In this document: in pieces, positions 38,811 through 51,655 of the stretch
Layout of the letters: each line of letters starts with the position of its first letter
How positions within the stretch are numbered: position 1 is the stretch's first letter
The notes under the pieces: generated by a model
What the model was told of the DNA's origin: nothing
Seen by the model: only the letters and a program-made list of their open reading frames with translations
Database searches by the model: none
Position numbers and translations under genes: made by a program
Origin: Phoronis australis
Lineage: Eukaryota > Animalia > Phoronida
Reading direction: 5' to 3'
DNA length: 64,000 nt
Assembly: GCA_002633005.1 (NCBI GenBank)
Contig: NMRA01000708.1
Span: 1 to 64,000 of the forward strand

Positions 38811-40330
38811 TATATGCGCTAACTGCGAAGCGATACCGAAGCTAGTTTACAGTGAAACAACACATGTAGTTGAGATAAAAGGTCATATATATTATGACAA
38901 ACTAAACTACTACAGATATTGGTAATTACAAAAGTTATATAACATGTTGCACTGTAAAGGTGGGTGACAATCTGCCATAGTAAGTTAAGAAACAATATGC
39001 GGAAGAATAACAGCAACACCGGGACAGCGACATGTGAAATTTGAGGATAAAGGGAAAGAATGAAAATTGGTTTGAGGGAGGGAGGGAAAGAGAAATTGAG
39101 TGAAAAATGAAAGTTGGAGAGAATTGTGGACGATGGCCCAGTGTTGCAACAAGACAAAGAGATCACGTGGTACAATTAAACCAATAATCGTAAAACAAAG
39201 AGGGTCACTGACCAGAGAATCCAAACAATATGATAATGAGGAGGAGGCAGTATAGCTTACATAAAATAATTTAATACTTAAATAATTTTTATATGCGCTA
39301 ACTGCGAAGCGATACCGAAGCTAGTTTACAGTGAAACAACACATGTAGTTGAGATAAAAGGTCATATATATTATGACAAACTAAACTACTACAGATATCA
39401 GTAATTACAAAAGTTATATAACATGTTGCACTGTAAAGGTGGGTGACAATCTGCCANGTGGCAATGAAAATGGGGAATAAGGGAATTAGGACACTGGCAA
39501 TACAGGCGTCCGAGGGTGAGAAATGGTGTGAGTGAAAGAGACACTGGCAATACAGGTGCCTATGAATGGGACACTGGCAATACAGGTGCCCCGCGATGAA
39601 AAGGGAGTGGTGAGCGAGGGGGGGCACTGGCAATACAGATGCCCCAGGATGAAGAGGTGGTGTAAGGAGGGGAAGCACTGACTGGCAGAGCTACCCCTGG
39701 GTGGTGGATGATCATGTCAATGAAGGTGTGGGAACGTTAGCAACGGGCAAGTTTAAGGAGGAGAGACGAATGTAGTTCTTGAGCGCGTCAGACTTCCAGC
39801 GACCCATACGCTGGATGGTGGAGTCCGGAATTTGGAGGTTAGCAGCGGAGGTGGCTGCACCAATACGAAAACTATGAGATTTATAGCGTTGAGGATCGAG
39901 ACCGACGCACCCAAGTACCAAGTTAAGGTGGCGAGTGAAGTAAGAGCGAGTGATGGGGGAACCATTAGGTAACTGGAAGAGAGGGCCAGAAGAGTGGTTG
40001 GAGAGAGTGAGGTAGTGTTGAAGGGTTGCAACAGGGCAATGGGGACCAGTAGAACGGGGGATAACGAGAATGTTAGGGGTGTGATCGTGATGTTTGAAGT
40101 GGGAGATAGTGAGAGACATGGACGAAGACGTGACTGAGACATCCGAGACCTGGAGGACAGAGAATGGGGATGAGGCAGAGGTGGCGACAGTAAATTCGCT
40201 AACACGAAGGAAGGCGTGAAAGGCAGTGGAAAACATAGCGGCACAGAGAGATGCATGGAAATGAGAGTTGAGAGCAGAGGGCAGGGCGTTAAGAAGGCGG
40301 TGAAGAATAGGTGTAGTTATGGGGAGCCAC
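38811..40330 (-). mobile_element. DIRS-superfamily (Ngaro-like) retrotransposon 3' part with split direct repeats
   Basis: YR ORF followed by a 167-bp repeat at 39290-39456 that recurs at 38811-38977 with a spacer in between (B1-A2-B2 layout); N at 39457; short cactggcaatacagg repeats at 39490-39640. Confidence 0.8.
39712..40326 (-). CDS. Tyrosine recombinase (5'-truncated) of a DIRS/Ngaro element
   Basis: LPIT...AFHAFLRVSEF...CPV...YKSHSFRIGAATSAA...MGRWKSDALKNYIR: R, HxxR, W and Y catalytic residues present. Confidence 0.9.
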   Translation of the reverse strand, partial: LPITTPILHRLLNALPSALNSHFHASLCAAMFSTAFHAFLRVSEFTVATSASSPFSVLQVSDVSVTSSSMSLTISHFKHHDHTPNILVIPRSTGPHCPVATLQHYLTLSNHSSGPLFQLPNGSPITRSYFTRHLNLVLGCVGLDPQRYKSHSFRIGAATSAANLQIPDSTIQRMGRWKSDALKNYIRLSSLNLPVANVPTPSLT

Positions 40331-40730
40331 GGATGGCCGCGAATTGGTTGGAAGGATCTGGATAGCTTTATTTAGTTTCAGATTTATTTTCTACGTTATT
40401 TAACTAAAATGTAAGGGTTATCTTTAAAAGTTAACCTAAGAAACTGTGAAAGACTACCAATTTCTAGAAAATCGCTCGTGATATTACGTTCGTGCGTGTG
40501 ATAAGTGAAGTCACTCTATCTATCGTCAGGTTTTTACAAGTTACTGGGCAATTTGAAGTCGTAAACTATAATTTATAAGATAGTTTTGTGTCATTATTAC
40601 GCAAAATGTTTTGTTACGTGAAACAACATAGCGAATCTTTGCAAAACGCTGCTCCGTGAATACAGTTGTGAATTCTTGGTTCTCGATATCATGGCTATGT
40701 GGTCGAATTTGGATATAAAATGATGATATA

Positions 40731-41753
40731 ATGCCAATAAGCTGCGGAGCAAATGTTGCCAAATGCTTCTTGGTCTACTTCAACGGTTTCTTCTGGCTGA
40801 TGGGCGCCGTGCTGCTGGTATTTGGAGTATTGTTTAGATCCAACGCTTCGCTGTTGAACCTCTCCGAACTCATCTCGGCTTACCAAAACGTTTCGCTGTT
40901 TGCAGTGTTCGCCTATGTGCTACTAGGTACGTTTATGACGAGTCTTTCTACGGTCATTGTGTTTTGCAATTATGACCAATGTTAACTAGCGATGCTGTAA
41001 GCTAGCCAGCAAGATGTATGAAGACTATCGTCAAAATACAGCTAGGAACCATTGTGCGTTAAGCTCCAACTCGTACGCTAAACCTATTTGCACGTAAATG
41101 AATGAAAGTGCGTGCATCTTTCACCCCCTCAGTCTCCAGCAAAGTTCTTGGCACATTAAGGGTTTGATGGAGCTGTTACAGTTTTATTCGTAACAATGCG
41201 CCCGTTAAGTGTACAGTTTCAAAGTCCAAAATCGAACAATAAGTTAGGCAAGCGACCAACATGACTGTTTTAAAAATTGAAACGTAAATATTAGCCGTCT
41301 TCGAATTTTTAAAATCGGTGCATTATCAGACAAATTAGGGAATGCGTTTTCCACAGCAGCGTAGTTGAGCGACACGTAGTAATTAACTACTATGAAAGGA
41401 CAGGTAAGTCACAGTCTGGCTTATAGAGCTGCAGCGACAAAAGATCAAATGTTAGCGTACGAGTTGCCTCCTGTAGGCAGTCCTTAGAGGAGTCCTAGAC
41501 CTATGGTCTTGCGAGGTGAGCACAAATTTATTCATTTGTTATTTACACCCATCGTCTATTTTTGTCAATTTGCCGAGTCTCCAAAATGAACGGATGAGCA
41601 AGGAAAATTTACAAACCGTTAAGCTAATGAGAATTTCTTCAAATTTAAAGGTACCGGAACTGCTTTATTCGCTGTTTCCTTACTTGGGTGTTGCGGCGCA
41701 GTACGAGAAAATAAAGCTTGCCTAGCTGTGGTAAGTGTTACTAAGACACACAC

Positions 41754-41794
<41 letters not shown>

Positions 41795-44700
41795 NCACAC
41801 ACGCACACACACACGCACACACACACGCACCCGCAAACACGGACACACACAAACACACACACACATTATTACTGTGATACAAATATACCGAAAACGACAC
41901 ATCTTTTACCACATTCAGCAAACTTACTCTTGATGTTCAATACTAATTTGTTAACCCCAGTCACAAAGATGAGAGCTTGAGATTCAGCAAACTGAATCTA
42001 TCAGTGCTTGAGAAGCAATTGACGCTGTTAAGACTACTGAAATGTGAAGAATTAGCTATCGATTTTTCAGCTCAAGCAAAAAACTCGATCTTCTTCACGT
42101 TGATCACACTAATCACGTGCCCCTTCCAGCAATATCTGTAAGATATACTCTGTTGAAATGCAACTGTAGCTGGATCTGCCATCATTTTCAGTAGGTTCAG
42201 TATAGTTGCAAAATGTAACACCTGCTTCTTCATACTCTTGCTGTAAATTTAGATGCTTCGTGAAAGCGAGAGCAGCAAATGAGGTTGCTGAACATTCTTT
42301 TCTTTGGGTCAATTGATAATGACAGTCGGAACGGCGGTTGTTTGGAATTGCCAAATCTTTCAAGTACTCTTCTTTTAGTCTCCCACGGATAGTTTTGCTG
42401 GCAGCTTCTAGGCGCAAATATATTACAGAATGATTTTCCTGGAGACAGGAGAAATAGTGAGAGACAGTCGAAACGAGATGTTCAAACTTGCAACCACATC
42501 AGTCGTAGTTCTGAAGAGTAACCAGTCGAATGTGGAGCTGCGCAGAGCATTGTGTTGCGCAAAACATGGACAATATCAAACACAACTCGTAAAACTTGTT
42601 TTTGGCAACGAAAACAGAAATATTGTATAATTTCTTACAGCAAATAACGTGCGACTTCTATTGGATCTAAGGACACCCTATTGAATCCAGTAAGGTCTTA
42701 CACGAGGTCCAAAACCTGCTATGCTTTAGAAATGCCAGACTGAGTATTGTTGCATTAAATATCTTAATTAGCAAGTAAACATACATGTATCACAGTGATA
42801 TTCTGGAACTCTGTTCTACACTAAACTATTAAAAAAAATAAAATAGAGAAAAACAAGCTACTGGCATAATATTTTTCTTACATATTATACAAATGTGAAA
42901 TTAAATTTTCTCAAAGAAGCAAAATGTCTAGTGCATTATTTGTCTACTTTCCTTGACTTGAAACTCAACATAAATTAACACCTGGTTCATCTCAGGATGA
43001 AATTCAATACTTTTGTTGGTACCTGCACTTGGGGAGTCACGCCCTCTGATATCAGGTAGGCTTACGTTAATTAAAGTTGTATCGCAGTCCAAATTTCTAT
43101 GATATAACCAGTAAAGCAATTACATGTAACTGTTCCCCTGACATCGTAACAATTCACTTTGACAAGAATCGTCACATTACGCATTACAGTGGCTCCCAAA
43201 CAAATAACTTCTGGTCACGTGAATCCCGTAGATAAACGTTCACTGGCAAAATTTATCAACGTCTTAAGTTGGAGAAAATATAATTGGCTAATTGTCATGT
43301 CATAAAGTTAAGGTGAAACACTTTTAGAGGCGTATTTCGTGGCTTTTTAGCAGTCAGTGTTATACTGTTAGGGGAAGAGGTTTGGAGTTTAAAAGAATTA
43401 CCACGCTCATCCCATCTAGATTTGTCGGTGTCTACTTTACAATTTTGTGATTATTATGTAAATCTAATTGTTAATGCATGAAAGTTTCGTACCTGACCTG
43501 TCCTTTCACGATTAAAGAATATCTGTAATATTAGACACGGTGATAAAAATATACTGAAAGTGGATTTTAATGCAATAAAAGCAAAATCTTGAGCAATATG
43601 AGAAATAAAAACAACAACGGATTCAAGTCGGCTTGACATGTTTCGGCACTTATTGAAACACCATCATCAGAAGAAAAAAACACAATGGCCCCCTTGCTAG
43701 GCCCGACAAAAAGTAATGAAACGCAGACACAGTCAGTTACAGGGAGTGTGTTTCATTACTTGTTGTTGGGCCTAGCAAGGTGGTCACTGTTTTTTTTTTC
43801 TTCTAATGATGGCGTTTCAATAAACGCCGAAACATGTCAAGCTGTTGTTATTTTCTTAACATATGTTTAAACTTCCTGTCATGGAGTTAATATGAGAAAG
43901 CATTTAGTGATACAGTGCTGACGTGATATTTCATGTACTTGTTTAATTGCTCACGCATTTGCGACAGCCTTTAGTTCATCGTTCGGTGTTAAAAACGTAG
44001 TGAATTGCTTCTGTGTGTACTATATCATTCATTTAAATTAACTAAGATAGCCCATCCACGTAACATAAATCTGCCGTAGACATGGACTTAACGAAAACGC
44101 TTAAGCAAAGACGACGAAGCAGCGCTAGCTTTTAAGAACTGATTAACTATACTCTCTTTGTGTTATTCAGGCTTATGTAACGGAATTCCAAACGTTCGAA
44201 TCGACATATTATCTTAACTTTTACACACAGTGATAAAATCATTTCACGGTAAGACGCATACTACAGGCCCATACATTACGTGGACGAAAAACAAAAGCTA
44301 AACGCACACATCCTAATGGACAACAGATAAACAAACGTATTATTTCAGGTTTTGATATCTGGTAGGATCTCTGGTTCGAGCACCTACCTTAATTTTTGAG
44401 CCATAGACAAAAACGAAATACATGTACATCAATACAACAATTTCTTAAGCGTCATGGGATTTGGATTTAGGCCATCTTGAGTTTCGAACTTTAATTTGAC
44501 CTTGAATTTGGCACAGCCTCCGTAAAATATTACCGGTAATGAACTGTACGCCCCAGAAACGATGTACGTCATCAAGTTCAAAAGATCGAAATTGACACGG
44601 CTGCATCCGCCATTTTGAATTGTTGAAAACCCTTAAGGTTGCCATCAAACTAGTTTTCTTTTTCCTTAATTCCCTGACCGTGTATAACACATTTCCAAAA

Positions 44701-45574
44701 GAAAACTATAAGAAAATAACACTGAAGGGTCAAAAGCTTAGTAAATTGACCAGCGGCGTCGGGGAAGGAGATGAGAAACAAATAAACCCCGTGTATTATT
44801 ATTTCCTTACAGTACGCTGTCATGATATGCACTGTAATAGTGACAGAGGGGGTTGGCGCCCATTTCTTCATTGAGGAACTGCCTTCACTGACCGACAACT
44901 TGGAGTTAAACCTGAAGAGGTTGGTGAAGAACTACGAGACTAGAACGATGATGGGCAAGGCGCTAGACTACGTCCAGATCAAGTATGAGTGCTGTGGCGA
45001 AGCGGGCCCCAGAGATTACCAATTCAGCAGGTTCTGGAACGAGAGTAGGGGACAGATTCCGACTCCTTACTCCTGCTGCAAGATAGAGGAGCCCGAGGAC
45101 CTTCAATTTTGTGAGGACTGTGAGCGGCCCCGCTATATCAACGACACGCGATGCGCCCAGGAATGGAACGAGACCGAATCGTTGTTCATCAATGTTCAAG
45201 GATGTAGTCCTCATTTGTTGAATTTCATATTCAACTACAAACCGATGATAATTGGCGTCGGCGCCGGGTTCTTGGCCGTGCAGTTTCTTGGTGTCATCTT
45301 TGCTATTTGGCTGTGCGTAGCAAAGCCTGCGATTCAGGAGGAGAAGTCAGAGATTGAGCTTCCAATATTGGCTCGAAGGAAAACCGGAAAAGTTAGTCAA
45401 GGATTCGAGAGAACGTCGGCGTCACAGCCGAAACCAGACATACAGAAAATTGGCGACGGTGAAAACGTGGACACTGGTGATTCAGATGAAACGCAGGAAC
45501 AATCAACAGCTATGCGTACAACGCCCTCCAGTTCCCGCCCAGATATCGCAAAACTCAGCGACACTAATGTATGA
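40731..45574 (+). CDS. Tetraspanin (paralog B), 3 coding exons, about 345 aa
   Basis: Exons 40731-40926 (MPISCGANVAKCFLVYFNGFFWLMG..VLL G|gtacgt), 41651-41730 (GTGTALFAVSLLGCCGAVRENKACLAV|gtaagt) and 44813-45574 (YAVMIC..ECCG..PYSCC..TM4..SDTNV*); splice phases 1 and 0 are consistent. Confidence 0.92.
41746..41864. repeat. (CA)n microsatellite just downstream of the tetraspanin exon-2 donor
   Basis: Direct inspection; contains an N at 41796. Confidence 0.95.
43632..43673 (-). ncRNA. Minimal type I hammerhead ribozyme motif (intact core)
   Basis: CTT-CTGATGA-T-GGTGTTT-CAAT-AAGTGCC-GAAA-CATG-TC-AAG: core CUGANGA/GAAA/UH, stem II with wobble pairs, palindromic ACATGT stem III as in Penelope-like elements. 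Confidence 0.65.
43800..43841 (+). ncRNA. Minimal hammerhead motif with mutated core (CUAAUGA)
   Basis: CTT-CTAATGA-T-GGCGTTT-CAAT-AAACGCC-GAAA-CATG-TC-AAG; perfect stem II, G5>A. Confidence 0.55.
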
Positions 45575-46823
45575 TTGAGAGGTCAATCAAAATCAGTAAA
45601 AGTGACCTACAAAGCTCATTCAAGACTCGATTAGAAAGTTAAAATCTCGTACAATTTAAAAATTACTCGAAACGTGAAACGCAATTTGTTGTTTTCCTAG
45701 TACAGTCTCGGGTGGTCACATATTACTCTGAGAGCTTCAACAGTCAGAGGGTTGAAGCAGTTATTGATATAGAATGGAAACGTCATTCACCCTTCTCTTT
45801 AAGCAGAAATAGTCTAATTCTATTGCAATTCGACGTGCTTAGCAAGCTAAAAACAAAAATCGAACAAAATTGGTCTCGTATTCCTTCCGTGATTGAATTT
45901 TGTTTCCCTTACCAACTCGTGCTCTTTTCTTGAGAGTTGGTCATCGTTTTCTTGAGTCGGTGATGGTTGCGATTGTTTTGTCAACAGAAATGAGATCCCT
46001 TCACATTAAAGAATACAATGAAACCGATTCTAACAGAGTACAAGGCCTAATTCGTTTTCAGCGAGCTAAGCGGTGTGAAATTCAGCTTTATAACTAGACA
46101 ATTGGTATTCATTCCGACACGATTCTGTATCCATCGAGCGATTTAGTACCGGAAGTGACACTCCTTGAAACTTACAATCCCAGTAAACACAGGTGCAAAA
46201 TATACATGTAGGCCCTACGTTGTGACATGTCAAGTGTTGCCGCACTCGACGCACATTGTCGGCCTGTACACATAGGCTTAAGAACAGAAGAATGTTACGA
46301 AACCCAGCACTAAATTAATACAAAATGTGAATCTCAGAGCTATATCCGGTTCTGTCTTAGTTAAAGTGGTTCGATTTTTAGCAGGCGTCTGCGTATAATT
46401 ACATTAGGGACACCTTACCTGAGTTTCGGTGTGAAAGCCAACACGTAAGCTTTTTTCACTTCAGCATTTACTGCATGCTTTAGGATACAAAATGGCTGCC
46501 ATGTTATTTTGCGGTAGCGCTGGCTGATCTGCATTCATTTGTTTGACAGCTGATTGCAGTCTAATGTTGTTTTAGGAATAAAGAGAATTTGCGTAAGTCA
46601 GATTTGTATATCGTATCTGGAAGGTATGCACTATTTCTGCAGTGGATATTTGCTATTATTTTAGATTTTGTCACATAGTCCAAATACGTTCTATTGGGCG
46701 TAATGACGGCATTTCCCATAGGTTTGATGAATTTCTCGGGAAGGGAGTGCTGAGACCACAAAGACGCGAGATACGGAAAGCCAGTAACGCTATATACTTT
46801 CAAGTTCATATTATGCGTACCAG

Positions 46824-47224
46824 GGCCCGGTCTCCAATCTTTTTACTCGAAATGGAACTCGAAATTAGGTTTGGCATTTTCTACGCTACTTTTTGGCGAA
46901 CTCAAGATAAGAGTCTATTATTCTATGCTCGACTACACAATAACTTACGTAAATAATTTATTGCCCTTAGTTCACAGTTTGTAAACCCAATATTAGAGCA
47001 ATAAGTTCGAGTTTGAACTCGAAAGTTCGAGTTTTTACTCAAGTTTGTATCATGAATATAAGGGTCTTCAAGGGCAAACTTGAACTAGAAACTCCTATGC
47101 ATAAACTATAATGTATTCGAGCACAGGCTGATAACCAATTATCTTAAGTTCGCACAAAAGGAGCAGAGAAATTGCCAAAAATAGTTTCGAGTTCGTTTCG
47201 AGTACAGAGATTAGAGACCGGGCC
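46824..47224. mobile_element. PIF/Harbinger-type MITE
   Basis: TIR GGCCCGGTCTC(C/T)AATCT, CAG TSD; near-identical copy at 49446-49848. Confidence 0.8.
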
Positions 47225-47829
47225 CAGATGACTTAACCATCTTCCATTTATCGTCTAGCGCACGAGCGAAGTATGTTTTGTAGGTATTTTGTAGGCTGTT
47301 TCGGAGGTTGCGTCTTGTGACTGAACCCAGGTGTACTTCTGTCATTTTACAGTACTTACTGAATTATGTTTTCTTTTTCATGTCCGCAGATATTTATTTT
47401 CTGAGATGTGGCTTATATAAGTGACTTCCGTGAGTATACTCCCGACATCGCTGAGATGTGTAGTTGATCATCTGGTGGCTTTAAAGCGCATGCCCCAGTT
47501 CTCAGCCCAGGTTTCAGGATTCTTTAAATCTGTCTGTAGTTCCAAGTGATCTGACTCTGAGCTAATAGATCTAGGTAGACACTATGTCTCCTGGATAATG
47601 ACCCTTAGATGCTCTTGCCAAGAAATGAAAGCAACACGGAAAGGTTCGGTGAAATACGAAAACGTGATGAAAGTAAGTTATAATTTGAGTTACTTTCATG
47701 CGCTGGTCAGAACCTTATGTTCCAAAGTGGGTTGTGAATGCCCAACAAAGACTGATGTGCATCATGGTGAATGAAAGACAGTTACCATGCCTGGCAACAA
47801 AGGAACAGCCACTAGTACAGCCCGTACCT

Positions 47830-49440
47830 CTCATAACCGAGGTACGAATATTTTAGTACATGCGTCAGCCGTTCGAAGCTAGTACTCCTAATATTTTAAC
47901 TATTTAGGGAAATCGAGAGGAAATTTGACAGATTTATCAAACGAAACAGAGGCTCTTTGCCTCCAATTCTCTGAAATAAAATAAGAAAACGAAGGCTTGG
48001 AGAATCAAGTAGCAAATGTAGAAAGAAACTGAGACGACTTCGAAAATAGGTAGACATGAGAAAACGACCATGAAGCGGGAAGAAGCAAATAATGACGTCA
48101 AAGAAGTCTTGGCTAACCACCTCAATCTAACTGACATAATAACTGAGCGTGCACACAGAACTGGAAACAAAACGTCATAAAAATACCTGTTATTGCTAAT
48201 TAAGCTCGAAGACAATAAAAATCTCGATGAACAAAAGAAAGCTGAAAGTAGAAACAATGTTCTCTGCATCGAAGGAGTGCAGCAAGAAAGTTCGCAGGGA
48301 TAGTTCTAAAGTTTGACAGTTTTCCAAAGACAACAATTTTAACGAGGCTATAGTATAATGGACGACAAATTGTACCACAACATAAACGTATACATGTACT
48401 CTTTGATAAATGTGTGGATGCAGTTGCCTCCAAGGACTAAGAATTTGACAGAGGCCGTCAAAACACTACGTTTGAGTCAAGCACTGTTGTGTCATGGAAT
48501 GCAAATAGACTTAGGAGAAATTTGGTAGATAATAATATACCGGATTTCGTGTCTGACGAACCACAATACAAGTGTTCTGAGAAACTCAGAAGGGTTACTA
48601 GTTATGCAAGTTTCATCTAACAAAAACATTTGCTCAATTGAGCAGCTGCTCAACGAAAGAAGACATTGTCGCTGAAACATGAAAATATAGTTGTTGATTT
48701 TATGTACAGGATATGGCACCATAGGGTTCTCCGTATGCGAAGGATGGTGAGTGCTCTGAGTTAATACTGATCGAGGATTTCAGTGCAAGTACAGCCGCGT
48801 TGCTAAGCTACACTGTGTATTGAACGGGATAGTACAGACATTTGTGTGCCTGGTGTAGATGCGTTTTATGTTTCTGATATAGAACTACCAATAAGAAACA
48901 AGAAAGATTATGAGGTAAACAGTTTATATGGAGAAATAAAATAACAAATTTTTGAATTTCAAATGAGCTAAAAAGGTGTTAATGGTGGAGTGTCAAACGA
49001 CTTTCAGGGAAGTGTTTCATACAGAGCAGAATAATGATCATTTCTCTTTAACCGCACAAATAGAAATGTACATGTAGATCACAGGAAAGCCTATATAAAA
49101 GAGGATGGAGTGATAATTATAGAGATAATTTTCAAGAGAGATTATAATCTAATGAAATACATTTGGCCATAGCTACATGCAAGTCATTATTGGACGAGAA
49201 TGTCGATGAATAGTTTCTCAATTAGTAAACATTCTTATATTATGTGGAAAGGAAATGGGACGAGACAGGTGCAAAATGTTTCAACGATGAATGCAAGGTT
49301 GCCAGGGATAGCTCTTCAGTAGCACCAAAAATTTAGACATTCGAGTGATCATCGTATACTTGACATAATACAAAAGGCGAACGAGCAAAACAGATCAGTA
49401 AAACAGGTGGGATTTGTGGTGAAATGTCGAAAGAGAATAA
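47830..49440 (+). mobile_element. Highly degenerate CR1/L2-type LINE (ORF1 and ORF2 start)
   Basis: Broken frames give LENQVANVERK..DFENR, NHLNLTDIITERAHRTG and YSIMDDKLY, typical of LINE ORF1; many stops. Confidence 0.55.
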
Positions 49441-49445
49441 ACCAG

Positions 49446-49848
49446 GGCCCGGTCTCCAATCTTTTTACTCGAAATGGAACTCGAAATTAGGTTTGGCATT
49501 TTCTACTCTACTTTTGGGCGAACTCAAGATAAGTGTCTATTATTCTATGCTCGAGTACACAATAACTTACGTAGATAATTTATTGCCCTTAGTTCACAGT
49601 TTGTAAACCCAATATTAAAGCAATAAGTTCGAGTTTGAACTCGAAATTTCGAGTTTTTACTCGAGTTTGTAGCACGAATATAAGAGTCTTCAAGGGCAAA
49701 CTTGAACTAGAAACTTCTATGCATAAACTATAATGTATTCGAGCACAGTCTGATAACCAATTATCTTAAGTTCGCACTGAAAAGGAGCAGAGAAATTGCC
49801 AAAAATAGTTTCGAGTTCGTTTCGAGTACAAAGATTAGAGACCGGGCC
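49446..49848. mobile_element. PIF/Harbinger-type MITE, second copy
   Basis: Same TIRs and body as 46824-47224; flanks CAG/CTG. Confidence 0.8.
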
Positions 49849-50195
49849 CTGTTGTTGCTAGTAACATAATAAGGACCATTTCCTCAAGTCGTGGCTGGAG
49901 GGCATCGCCAGTAAATAGAAAGCTCTTCAGACGAATATACTGCGTTTATTGTGAAAAACAGAAAATGAACGGTACCAGTTTTTACAAAGTCCGATGACAG
50001 AGAGCTAGAGGGCGTTCATTACAGCGCAGCGACATCTGGTGGGTTGGCGTGGCTTCTTTCTCCTTAGAAAACAAGAAAACTACGACACACAACTAAAATC
50101 ACTATAACATAGGCTACACTAGAGAGGAGACAAAGATAATGAAGACCATTAGTTAAGTCTGTAATCAGTCAAACACGAGGGAGGACGGCGAGCAC

Positions 50196-50335
50196 CAGTG
50201 GCGGATTCAAAATTTTGAGTTAGGGGTGCCAGGAGTTTGCCCGTCTGACATTCCCACCACCGAACTGCCCAAAGGGATCGGGGAGACTTTTAGGGGGTGT
50301 CATGCCCTCTTGCCCCCCCTCTAAATCCGCCACTG
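50196..50335. mobile_element. Short hAT-like MITE with 5-bp TSD
   Basis: agcac|CAGTGGCGGATT...AATCCGCCACTG|agcac. Confidence 0.75.
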
Positions 50336-50339
50336 AGCA

Positions 50340-51655
50340 CGCTGTGGTCGAGACCTAAGAGCACCATCGTCGTCTTAAGGGTCCGTGGTGAGAAGAAGAA
50401 ACATCGGAATTGAACAGGCGGCGGTTGAAAATCACGAGGTGACGTAACGGGACGAAGAGTCAGTAGATGGTACGTCAGCGTCGGGCAACTGCCGGTGGTG
50501 CATGCTACGTCGCCATCTTCCGGTGCAGGAATGCGGTTATGACACCAGTCGGCGTCAATGGGTGACTACTAGTTTCGCTCACCAACCTTTGTCTTGTCAG
50601 AGTCAGCATGAAGATACACTAGGTCACCTACAGCCAAGGAAGTATGTCCAACCCTGTCTTGGAGCTTTAGCTGTGTCTACTGCTCCCAGTACTGGTTTGC
50701 TTCAAGATAAGGTAAGTTGCTCGTTTGTGTACTGATTACGCTGGAACCACATCCGCCTAGATGAGAGACCACGAGACCGAAGACGGGAGTTGAGACGTGC
50801 TGTGGCGATGCTAAGATCTAGCTTAGTCACGGGTCCAGGTTCTTGGCGTAACAACTCCTTTTCGATTTCGTCGACAGCTATTCCTGTGACAGGGTTTTTG
50901 TTTAGGTTCTTGACCCAACCAACTTCTAGACGAACTCTAAGTGAGATTAACAACTTGTCGCGCTGAAGTGCACGAAAGCCAGGAGCAGGGTCGACACTGA
51001 CAACAGTTGGCGGACCATCAAACTGGAGCAACTCCAAAAGAAGGTGAACCAGAGCGTCACGGAGAACGGCACGGGTGTCGTTGTCAGTGAGGCAAGTAGA
51101 CTGATAAGAAGTGACAGTTTCACGAACAAGGAGAATGGGTTGACGCGACCCCTTCATGAGGTCTGCTGTGAAGCTCACCACTGGGACATCTGGCGGATCC
51201 GTAAATGATTGCGGAACCAAACCACAGAGAGGCACAGGCATGACACGATTCTGAAGCTCATTTGATGACTGTCGAGAGCAAAGAAGTGTCGACTGACAAC
51301 CTGCTTCAGCTGATGCTTGAAAGGATGATCAAGTTTTACGTGAATGGTGGTAAGTAACCTTTTGAGGACAGACCTGGGAAACACGACAATCTCGAAAACA
51401 ACGAACAAGGGCTGGATCTGACGTACCACTAGTAATCCATTACGGGGCATAGTGAAAACCTTGAGGTAACGCTTGACGTCTGGCAAGGAGGGGACCTTCT
51501 TCGAAGGACGATTACCCTGTTTGAGATGAGCACGTGCACGTCTAGGGTCAAGGCACTCTAGTTGAGTAGCAATCGAGGCAGAGCGAGTTGTAATCGGTAG
51601 ACAAGTGGAGCCTTGCAGGATGTCGTCGACAGATATACCTCTAACGCATGGCAGC
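50340..51655 (-). mobile_element. Degenerate Gypsy-like integrase region
   Basis: IHVKLDHP (Zn finger), SFTADL, VSVDPAPGF and KNLNKNPV..AVDEIE across a frameshift; RRPPSCLTD-type C-terminus continues past the MITE. Confidence 0.75.

Larger units (their letters stand above)
43606..43888. mobile_element. Penelope-like inverted pseudo-LTR insert with 11-bp TSD
   Basis: Flanked by aatatgagaaa (43595-43605 and 43889-43899); single copy of that sequence at the paralogous empty site about 27890-27900; the insert is an imperfect palindrome. Confidence 0.75.

Noticed and set aside
41619-41980. HT-repeat and CV-repeat ORFs
   Set aside because: Translations of the (CA)n microsatellite.
46824-49848. 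Composite transposon formed by two MITE copies
   Set aside because: Copy 1 has its own CAG TSD and the enclosed DNA is an old LINE remnant; independent insertions are the simpler explanation.
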